From IMG/VR virus record IMGVR_UViG_3300046459_000436, positions 16,674 to 80,673 of that record: a stretch of DNA of 64,000 bases; one strand, given 5' to 3'. The position numbers and the translations under genes are program-made. Positions 19,285 through 27,047 of the stretch are shown here, in pieces. Numbering within the stretch: the first letter of the stretch is position 1; every line of letters starts with the position of its first letter. This DNA comes from a virus. The notes below the pieces were generated by a model. That model was not told the origin of the DNA. It did no database searches and saw only the letters and a program-made list of their open reading frames with translations.

Positions 19285-20860
19285 TCAGGCGAGCCGAAGC
19301 TCTTCGTTGGCCTCGTACAGCAGCCGGTCGACCTGCTTGAGCAGCCGCTCCCGGGTCGTGGCGGCGTCGTCGCCGAGGTGCTGCACGGTTCGGAGCAGGT
19401 CGGCGGCCTCGGTCAGCCACTCGCGGGTCTGGCCGAGCGAGCCGAGCCGGTTGGCCGCGGTGTCGAGGAAGCCGATGAACCCGGCCTCGGTGCAGTCGTC
19501 GGCGTCGAGGGTGATACCGACGGCGTCGGCGATTGTTACGGCGTAGTCGGTGATCAGGGTGTCGATGGTGATGGGCGTGGTCTTCACTTCGGCTCCTCGA
19601 TGACTGGCGGCGGCGGAACGGGCGTCTCCTGGTTGGCGCCGTAGTCATCAAGCGGGGTGCTCACGACCGGCCTCCCTGCTGGCGTCGGGCGGCCTCGGCT
19701 GCCTTCGCGGCGGCCATGGCGTTGGCGATCCGCTGCTGGGCGAGCGCGTCGGCGGCCTGCTGCTCCGGGTTCTCGGCCACCGTCACTCACCCCCGCCCAC
19801 GAGAGCGGCGGCGGCGGTGGGCAGGTCCCGGTTGGCGGCGCTCAGGAATGCGAGCGTCATGGCCGGTGTCAGCCGGTACGTGGTCTGCCAGAACGCGCCA
19901 CGCTCGTCCCGGCTCGTCAGGGTGAGCAGGCCGCCACCATCGGGGGTCTCCTCGACCTTGAACATCGTCAGGTCGTCGATCAGCGGGGCCGGGGCCGCGG
20001 CAGTGGTGGGCTGGATCGCGTACACCGTCACCACCCCCGCACGGCGGCGGCCAGTCGACGCAGCGCCCTGGCGAACGCGAACCTCGGCGGCAGGTCCGGG
20101 ATGATCGGGGGGAGGCCGCTCATCGCGCACCCGCCTCGGTCTCGGCGAGCCGGTCCGCAGACTCCCGGAGCCTGGCCGCCCGCTCAAGCAGCACGAGCAG
20201 CTGCTCCCGAAGCGCAGGCCGCTCGCCAGCCGGAACCGTGAAGTAGTTCAGCCCGTTCTGCAGCTTCCGGGCCTCGTCCTGGACGATGCGCAACTCGGCG
20301 TAGAGGTCACTCGATGTCAACTGCTCGCTCATCGGACACCCCCGGGCTGCTCGCCGTGCTTGGCGGCGTTCCCCGACGCGTCCTGGTAGGCGGCCTGGTA
20401 GTGGCCGACGCTCCCGGCCGACGGGTGACCCGGCGTGGCCTGGATCTCCACGATCCGCGCGGCCAGACCGTTGGCACGGCTCTGCTCCTCGGCGGCGAAG
20501 GCCGGAGACGGAAGGTGGCTCACAGGTCCTCACCACCGGCGGCGAGCTCGTAGGCGACCTGCTCGGGGATCCGGGCAGCCCACGCGGAGTCCTGGAGGTC
20601 AAGCTCCTGGTACGCGGCCTCGATCTGCTCGGCCGGCGACAGGGTGGCGCCCGGGGCGCGCTTCGGCAGGCGGACGTGCGAGGCGGCGGCGTGCGCGGCG
20701 GCATCGGCCTGAGACATCGGGGCGGCGTAGGCGGTGGTCACTGCGACCACCGGTCCGTCGCGACGAGAAGCCGCTGGAGCGCCGCGAGACCCGAGGCGGA
20801 AAGGCCCGAGGCGACGACGATGGGGGACGGTACGGGGGCGGTGCGGGGGGTCGTGCTCAT
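19285..20860 (-). CDS. Cluster of short translationally coupled ORFs (including 19285-19587, 19661-19786, 20329-20523, 20520-20750)
   Basis: Chains of ATGA/GTGA overlaps following the Xis-like gene. Confidence 0.5.
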
Positions 20861-21063
20861 GACGCGAGCTCCTCGGGGGTCGGGTCGACGCCCGTCAGGG
20901 CGGCTTCGGGGACACGGATCGCTCCGCCGCCGCGCTGGGCGGGGGCGCCTACGGCCTGCGGCTTTCCGTACCGGATCGCCTCTAGGCGACCCTCCTGGAT
21001 CCACCGGTAGACGGTGGCGGGGTGCACGTTGAGGCGCTTGGCGACCTCCTTTACGCGCAGCAT
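20857..21063 (-). CDS. Excisionase-like HTH protein, first gene of the tra operon
   Basis: MLRVKEVAKRLNVHPATVYRWIQEGRLEA. Confidence 0.85.
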   Translation of the reverse strand: MLRVKEVAKRLNVHPATVYRWIQEGRLEAIRYGKPQAVGAPAQRGGGAIRVPEAALTGVDPTPEELAS

Positions 21064-21229
21064 GCGGGCTCCAATCGTTGGTTTCGCAACTGCCGCAACC
21101 ATAACTGTTTAATCGGAGATGTAGCAAGCTTCTGAGTCCATGAATGTCCGCCTCAGAGTCGCTGCGCGTAATCATCAAGGGCTTAAGGTTGAGGTCAGCG
21201 CCGCAACGACCTTCGAGAGGGGCCCGCCA

Positions 21230-21757
21230 GTGACTGCGAAGTGGACCAGTACGTCTACGCCATACCTGCTACCACGCAGGCCCGGACAGGTAGACGCCTG
21301 GACGCAGGAGGCCGGAGCGCGCGGGGGTCAGCGCCTCATCGAGGTGGCCATCAAGGTGCCGCCGGCCGAGGTTGCGGAATCCCTCGGTCTCGCCGTTGGA
21401 GAGAGTGCGGTAGCGCGTCGGCGGGTGATGACCCTCGACGGGCAGCCCGTTGAACTCACCGACTCGTACTACCCGCAGAGCGTTGCGGTGGGGACGCAAC
21501 TCGCTGAGCACGCCAAGATCCGGGGTGGCGCTCCAACACTCCTCCGCAGCCTCGGCTACGAGGTGCACCGAGTAGCCGAAGAGGTAGAGGCGCGGGCGAC
21601 AACGCCTGACGAGGCCGAAGCTCTCGGCCTTGAACCGGGAACTCCCGTACTCACGCTGCTGCGAGTGACCTACTCCTGCAGTGAACAACCCATCGAGGCA
21701 TCACTGATGGTCATGAAGGGCCCTCACCGCCTCCGGTACGAAATGGAGATCGGCTGA
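21230..21757 (+). CDS. UTRA-domain-only protein (no wHTH)
   Basis: PPAEVAESLGL...RRRVMTLDGQPVELTDSYYP...EEVEAR; similar to the C-domain of the next gene. Confidence 0.8.
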   Translation: MTAKWTSTSTPYLLPRRPGQVDAWTQEAGARGGQRLIEVAIKVPPAEVAESLGLAVGESAVARRRVMTLDGQPVELTDSYYPQSVAVGTQLAEHAKIRGGAPTLLRSLGYEVHRVAEEVEARATTPDEAEALGLEPGTPVLTLLRVTYSCSEQPIEASLMVMKGPHRLRYEMEIG

Positions 21758-21758
21758 C

Positions 21759-22520
21759 GTGGTCAAGCACAAGGACAAGCGCGCCGTGGCTGAGCGCATC
21801 GCCGCGAACATCAGATTCCTGATCATGTCCGGCGAGTGGGAGCCCGGAAAGAAGCTCCCGACCAACAGCGAACTCATGGCGGACTACGGCACATCCAACG
21901 TCACCGTGCAGCGCGCCCTCGGAATCCTCAAGGACGAACTCCTCCTCGAAGGCCGGGCAGGCAGCGGCGTCTACGTCCGCGCGCGGGCACCTCAGACCAT
22001 CATCCCAGCGTCCTACATGGCACCCTCGGACCCCGGACATCCATACCGGTGGGTCACCGAAGCCAGCAACCGCGACCAGCACGGAAGTAACAGGATCCTC
22101 CAGGTCGCCGAGGTCGAACCGCCCAAGCGCGTCGCAAAGATCCTGGGCCTGGAGCCCGGCGACACGGCGGTTCTCCGGACGCGGGTCGGCCTCCTGGACG
22201 ACGAGCCGGCGGAGATGACGTACTCGTACTACCCGGCCAACCTTGCGCGGGGTACGCGCCTCGCTGACCGTCGGAAGATCCCTGGCGGATCGCCGACGCT
22301 GCTCGCAGAGATGGGCTACCCGCCCCGCGAGCAGGAGGACGAGGTGGCCGCCCGGATGGCGACGACCGAGGAGTACGAGCTGCTGGAGATCCCCGGCGAT
22401 ACGCCAGTGATCGAGGTCTTCCGGGTGGTCTACAGCGACGGCCGGCGCCCGATCGAGGTGACCGTGATGGTGAAGCCCGGCCACCTGTACAAGATGGGCT
22501 ATCACCTGCCGGTTTCCTGA
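21759..22520 (+). CDS. GntR/HutC-family regulator (KorSA/TraR-like)
   Basis: IMSGEWEPGKKLPTNSELMADYGTSNVTVQRAL...GSGVYV plus UTRA; divergent from the tra operon. Confidence 0.9.
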   Translation: MVKHKDKRAVAERIAANIRFLIMSGEWEPGKKLPTNSELMADYGTSNVTVQRALGILKDELLLEGRAGSGVYVRARAPQTIIPASYMAPSDPGHPYRWVTEASNRDQHGSNRILQVAEVEPPKRVAKILGLEPGDTAVLRTRVGLLDDEPAEMTYSYYPANLARGTRLADRRKIPGGSPTLLAEMGYPPREQEDEVAARMATTEEYELLEIPGDTPVIEVFRVVYSDGRRPIEVTVMVKPGHLYKMGYHLPVS

Positions 22521-22740
22521 CTCGGCAAGCCTCAGCCCCCGTCCGATGCGGCGGGGGCTCTGTGATGCATGGATGCGAAAGCTTGATACAAAAGCGAATA
22601 CGCCCTACTGTCGTTCCCGTGAAGGTGGCGCACGCCACAACACAAAGGCCGGACGGTTGCCACCGTCCGGCCTGGGATCAAAGCGGGGTGCAACCCGCCG
22701 ATCAGCTGAGGCCCCATCCGCCTGGAAGGAACTCTCGCCT

Positions 22741-23073
22741 GTGAGCGTACAACAGAGCACATCCGTTCGACCCATCGAGACCCCTGAGGCATCCGTCACG
22801 CCGCCCGCCCTCACCCTGCTGGCGAAGCTGTGGCAGTCGACGCCGCTCCCCCTGCTCCTGGAGGCCGCGAACGCCCGCGTCCTCGACTCGGAAGAGATCG
22901 ACGACGAATGGTTCATGGGCGCTGCGGTACAGCGCAAGGACGGCCGAATGTTCTTCGTGATGCCGCCCAACCGACCCGAGGTAGAGCGCGACACGATCGT
23001 TCGGGACCTGATGGCGCGGATGCTCCGCGTGCCACTGCCCGGGATGACACCCACCGGACGAGTAGCCGCATGA
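22741..23073 (+). CDS. Hypothetical protein with hairpin-rich leader (about 22645-22700)
   Basis: GGAAGGA RBS; coupled to the next gene. Confidence 0.6.
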   Translation: MSVQQSTSVRPIETPEASVTPPALTLLAKLWQSTPLPLLLEAANARVLDSEEIDDEWFMGAAVQRKDGRMFFVMPPNRPEVERDTIVRDLMARMLRVPLPGMTPTGRVAA

Positions 23074-23405
23074 CCGACGGCGGCATCCCCGACTACTACA
23101 TGGAGCGCGCGCGCTTCCTCGCCACCGTCAAGGACATCGGCGAGGGGACCGAGGTGGCCGACGCGGCGCTCGACCTGATGATCAGGCTGGAGAGTTCCAT
23201 CCAGTCACCCTGGGCCGTCACGGACCCGTTCGCCGCCGAGCGCTACCTCGTGGCACGCGGAGCCGACCCGGACGTCGCATCCGAGGAGGGTGTCGTCTTC
23301 GAGATCCAGATGCGCGCCCTCGTCGGCATCGGCCTCGGACGCCCCGTCCAGTCGTTCGACGAGATCGCTGACTGGATCGCCGAACACGTCGACACCACCC
23401 CGTAG
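23070..23405 (+). CDS. Hypothetical protein
   Basis: ATGA overlap with the previous gene. Confidence 0.6.
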   Translation: MTDGGIPDYYMERARFLATVKDIGEGTEVADAALDLMIRLESSIQSPWAVTDPFAAERYLVARGADPDVASEEGVVFEIQMRALVGIGLGRPVQSFDEIADWIAEHVDTTP

Positions 23406-23406
23406 T

Positions 23407-23428
23407 TGTCAGTCCCTGCCCGTATCGT
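23407..23428 (+). promoter_or_regulatory. PafBC/RecA-NDp-type DNA-damage promoter upstream of tnpB
   Basis: TGTCAG-N10-TATCGT matches TGTCRG-N10-TANNNT. Confidence 0.65.
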
Positions 23429-23457
23429 CCACCGTGCCGCACCCGAGAGGAGGCCCC

Positions 23458-24975
23458 GTGCAGACCGAGATCCTGAAGGCGTTCAAGTTCGCGCTCGACC
23501 CGACCAGCGCTCAGATCGAGGCCCTGTCGAGGCATGCGGGTGCGGCGCGGTGGGCGTTCAACCACGCACTCGCGGCGAAAGTCGCGGCGCACGAGCAATG
23601 GCGTAGCGAGGTTGCCGCGCTGGTCGAGGCTGGCACTCCCGAGACGGAAGCGCGCAAGAAAGTGCGCGTGCCGATCCCGATGAAGCCGTCGATCCAGAAG
23701 GCCTTGAACCAAGTCAAGGGCGACTCGCGCACGGGAATTGACGGTGTGTGCCCCTGGTGGCATGAGGTCAACACCTACGCCTTCCAGTCCGCATTCATCA
23801 ACGCGGACCGCGCGTGGAAAAACTGGCTCGACTCCCTGTCCGGAAAGCGCGCTGGCCATCGAGTCGGCTATCCCCGATTCAAGAAGAAAGGGCGGACCCA
23901 GGACTCATTCCGTCTGCACCACGACGTAGACAAGCCAAGAATCCGGCTTGCTGGTTACCGTCGGCTGCGCCTGCCAACAATCGGCGAGATTCGGCTGCAT
24001 GACTCGGCGAAGCGTCTGTCACGATTGATCGACCGTGACAATGCGGTGGTGCAGTCGGTGACGGTGTCTCGTGGCGGTCATCGCTGGTACGCCTCCGTCC
24101 TGTGCAAGGTCGTCGTGGATGTCCCAGCGAAGCCGACTCGGCGACAGGCCGGGCGGGGCACCGTGGGAGTAGACCTCGGGGTGAAGTACCTCGCAGCACT
24201 GTCGCAACCGCTCACGGAAGGCAACGAGTCAACCCAACTAGTCCAGAATCCCCGTCATCTACGCCGCACGGAGAAGCGCCTGACGAAGGCGCAGCGCTCT
24301 CTATCTCGAACAGTCAAGGGTTCTGCGCGGCGAGAGAAGGCCAAGCGCCGCGTCGGCCGGCTGCACCACGAGGTGGCGGCACGCCGCGCAAGCGCCCTAC
24401 ATCAGGTGACCAAGCGACTCGCCACTGAATTCGCCGTGGTGGCCCTTGAGGACTTGAACGTCGCCGGGATGACGCGATCCTCTCGGGGCACCGTGGCGGC
24501 GCCGGGGAAACGGGTGCGACAGAAGGCCGGGCTGAACCGAAGCGTTTCGGATGCAGCTCTAGGTGAGTTCCGGCGGCAGGTCACCTACAAGACTTTCTGG
24601 TACGGGTCGAAGCTGGCGGTCTTGGATCGCTGGTTCCCGTCGAGTAAGACCTGTTCGATGTGTGGGTGGCGAAACCCAAACCTCACGCTCAAGAACAGGG
24701 TGTTCCACTGCGACAACTGCGAGACGGCCATGGACCGGGACCTGAATGCAGCCCGGAACATCGCGCGCCATGCGGTGCCGATTGATCAACACGTCGCCTG
24801 CGATACGCGGGAGACGAAAAACGCCCGTGGAGCCCCTACAAGACCGACCATCCCTCGGGATGGCTGGCAAGGAGCGTCGAAGCGGGAAGACGCGGCTCGC
24901 AAGGCCGCGCCACCCCAGCGGAGTAATCCGCTGGCACTCCCACCCGTGGGCCACGGACAGATCACGCTGTTCTAA
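23458..24975 (+). CDS. tnpB: RNA-guided endonuclease TnpB / Cas12-like (505 aa), no tnpA
   Basis: KAFKFALDPT N-terminus; RuvC-I GVDLG, RuvC-II ALEDL, Zn finger CSMC...CDNC, RuvC-III DRDLNAARN; catalytic D-E-D intact. Confidence 0.93.
   Translation: MQTEILKAFKFALDPTSAQIEALSRHAGAARWAFNHALAAKVAAHEQWRSEVAALVEAGTPETEARKKVRVPIPMKPSIQKALNQVKGDSRTGIDGVCPWWHEVNTYAFQSAFINADRAWKNWLDSLSGKRAGHRVGYPRFKKKGRTQDSFRLHHDVDKPRIRLAGYRRLRLPTIGEIRLHDSAKRLSRLIDRDNAVVQSVTVSRGGHRWYASVLCKVVVDVPAKPTRRQAGRGTVGVDLGVKYLAALSQPLTEGNESTQLVQNPRHLRRTEKRLTKAQRSLSRTVKGSARREKAKRRVGRLHHEVAARRASALHQVTKRLATEFAVVALEDLNVAGMTRSSRGTVAAPGKRVRQKAGLNRSVSDAALGEFRRQVTYKTFWYGSKLAVLDRWFPSSKTCSMCGWRNPNLTLKNRVFHCDNCETAMDRDLNAARNIARHAVPIDQHVACDTRETKNARGAPTRPTIPRDGWQGASKREDAARKAAPPQRSNPLALPPVGHGQITLF
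24790..24965 (+). ncRNA. Putative omega RNA scaffold plus guide overlapping the tnpB 3' end
   Basis: Hairpins CCATCCC-TC-GGGATGG, GCGGC-TCGCAAG-GCCGC, CCAGCGGA-GTAA-TCCGCTGG; GGGAG...CTCCC closing; boundaries approximate. Confidence 0.6.
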
Positions 24976-24990
24976 CAGCATGATCGGCGA

Positions 24991-25146
24991 GTGCCCGACC
25001 TGGGTGTACAGGGAGCGATCATCCGAGCATTGCGAGATGTGCCGCCGCCACTTGGACCTAACCCGGGCACGCACGGAGTGATCGGAGACCTCTGTGTCTC
25101 GTCGATGCACCTGGTGCTGTCCAGTCCAAGGGTGCAGGGAGCGATT
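24991..25146. CRISPR. Degenerate CRISPR-like mini-array: three 28-30 bp repeats at an exact 63-bp period
   Basis: Repeats at 24991-25020, 25054-25083, 25117-25146; consensus RYCYRRYCYRRGNRYRCASGGAGYGATY; unique 33-bp intervening sequences. Confidence 0.45.
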
Positions 25147-25309
25147 GAACTTCTCGCAGCCGCTGAGCCAAGAGGTGCCACCGTGTCCCCTGCGCCCCGT
25201 GTTGCCGCCCCGTCGGTGACGCCCGCCACACTCTCCGCCCGCCCCGTTGCCACCCCCGCAACGCCCGGCCACCCTGGCGTCCTCACCGTGGCGACAAGGG
25301 GGCCGGGTC

Positions 25310-25633
25310 ATGATCTGTCCGTCAGGCAAATGCGGATCGTCGAACGTCGAGTCCCTGCCGCACTACTGGCAGAGTCTCCCCTCGGACAGCCCTCTGAAAG
25401 CGCAGTACGCGGAGCCGCCGGTCGTCGCGGCCCAGTACCTGTGGGCGGTCGGGGGCATCGTTCTGGGTGTGATGACGCTGGCTCGGAGCGTGGTGGCCGG
25501 CCTGCTGTTCGTGGCCCTGGGCGTGGCGTGGTGCGTCGCCACGCATCGGCAGGCGGAGGCTGCGGATTCTGCGCGCGCGGAGTGGGGCAGCTCGCTGATA
25601 TGCCTGGCGTGCACCGGGCAGTTCCTGCCCTGA
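25310..25633 (+). CDS. 2-TM membrane protein with split Zn ribbon
   Basis: CPSGKC ... two TM helices ... CLAC. Confidence 0.7.
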   Translation: MICPSGKCGSSNVESLPHYWQSLPSDSPLKAQYAEPPVVAAQYLWAVGGIVLGVMTLARSVVAGLLFVALGVAWCVATHRQAEAADSARAEWGSSLICLACTGQFLP

Positions 25634-25893
25634 GCTACCCCCGAGCGCAGCAAAGAGCCCCCGGGCCCGTTGTGGGCGCCGGGGGCTTCGTCGGTTCTGC
25701 TGACCGTGGGGTTCGTAAGTAAATCGCGCACACTTTCGATTTGCTTACGATGCCGTCCCGGGTCTCCCTACTCACAGGTAGGGCCGTTAGTGTGGACTCG
25801 ATTGGATGGTTCTCCGCACACCATGGGTCCGCCGAGTCGCATGTGGGGGCGACTCGACTACGGTGGAAGCGAGGAACGCAGAGGGGACCGATC

Positions 25894-26346
25894 ATGGCCA
25901 ACGTCAACGACGTAGCCGCATACATTCTGGCCAAAGCCGCACCGATGACCGCCATGAAGCTGCAGAAGCTCTGCTACTTCGCCTACGGCTATCACCTGGC
26001 ATGGGAAGACCGGCAGCTCTTCCCCGAACGGTTCCAGGCCTGGGCGAACGGCCCCGTGTCCCCCACCCTGTACGACAGGCACCGCGGGCGGTTCCAGCTG
26101 AACCGCGGCGACATCGCCGGCGACCCGTCCGTACTGGACGAGGGCGAGTGCGAGACGGTCGACCTGGTCCTTGACGCGATGGGCGGCTTCTCCGCGCACG
26201 AGCTGTCGGGCATGACTCATCGGGCGGGCCCGTGGCTGGCCGCCCGCGAGAGGGCCGGTGCCGCCGATCTGGAGCGGTCCACCGAGGAACTCCGCGACGA
26301 GGACATAGAAGATTTCTTTGGGGCGCTGGCGGGCAGCGACGACTGA
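25894..26346 (+). CDS. Panacea/SocA (DUF4065) antitoxin
   Basis: VAAYIL...MTAMKLQKLCYFAYG...LFPERFQAWANGPV...LSGMTH..GPW. Confidence 0.9.
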   Translation: MANVNDVAAYILAKAAPMTAMKLQKLCYFAYGYHLAWEDRQLFPERFQAWANGPVSPTLYDRHRGRFQLNRGDIAGDPSVLDEGECETVDLVLDAMGGFSAHELSGMTHRAGPWLAARERAGAADLERSTEELRDEDIEDFFGALAGSDD

Positions 26347-26816
26347 TGGTCAAGGGGGGAAAGCCGAAGAAGCGGCTCGCTGTGCCCCCGATGGGGCCTG
26401 CGAGCGGCAAGCAGATCGGCAACGCCAAGGGCCTGCTCCCCGGAGCGGGCAACTCGTCCGAGCGGTTGTGCTGGCGCTTCACCTATGTCGATCACGAGAG
26501 CCGCTGGGACTTCTGCGCCATCACGCCAGAGCTGATGTGCGAGATCTTGGGCAAGATGGCCGACTGCGAGTCCATGACCATCGACGAGCTGCGGAAGACC
26601 TGGCGGCTGTTCAAGGATTACGAGTTGCCGGGCGGCCTGTGCAAGGAAGCTCTCGACCGTTTGACGGCGACGGGCCGCGATGACCAGACGAAGATCCAGC
26701 GTCTGGAGTTCAAGGGCACGCAGCGGCTGTACGGCTTCCTCGAAGACAACGTCTTTCACGTCATCTGGTGGGACCCGGACCACGAGGTCTACCCGTCCAC
26801 GCTGAAGCACACCTGA
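26346..26816 (+). CDS. Putative cognate toxin (RelE-like RNase fold)
   Basis: TGATG coupling to the antitoxin; QRLYGFLEDNVFHVIWWDPDHEVYP. Confidence 0.65.
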   Translation: MVKGGKPKKRLAVPPMGPASGKQIGNAKGLLPGAGNSSERLCWRFTYVDHESRWDFCAITPELMCEILGKMADCESMTIDELRKTWRLFKDYELPGGLCKEALDRLTATGRDDQTKIQRLEFKGTQRLYGFLEDNVFHVIWWDPDHEVYPSTLKHT

Positions 26817-26828
26817 CACCGACGGTTG

Positions 26829-27032
26829 TCACCCGAACAGCCCGTCCTGCGGCACGTCGAACCGCCCGACGCCCGGCCCGATCCGGATGCCGAGCTTCTG
26901 CCGACACCGCGGCCCGAGCCGGTACAAACGCGAGATACGGTCGTGCAACTCCTCATCGCACTCGTCGCACGGAACGACGACGCGCCCCGTCGCCAGCTCG
27001 TGGGAGCGGGCGAGGAGCGCGTCAGGAGTCAT
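26829..27032 (-). CDS. DUF6011-like Zn-binding protein
   Basis: CDECDEELHDRISRLYRLGPRC. Confidence 0.6.
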   Translation of the reverse strand: MTPDALLARSHELATGRVVVPCDECDEELHDRISRLYRLGPRCRQKLGIRIGPGVGRFDVPQDGLFG

Positions 27033-27047
27033 GCGTCCAGTGTGCGG

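Noticed and set aside
23290-24975. Autonomous IS200/IS605 or IS607 element
   Set aside because: No tnpA (Y1 or serine) nearby and no recognisable left end; the gene has a phage-type promoter and RBS
25044-25055. 12-nt match of an array spacer (GCCGCCACTTGG) to about 54080 near attP
   Set aside because: Too short to be significant in 64 kb of GC-rich DNA
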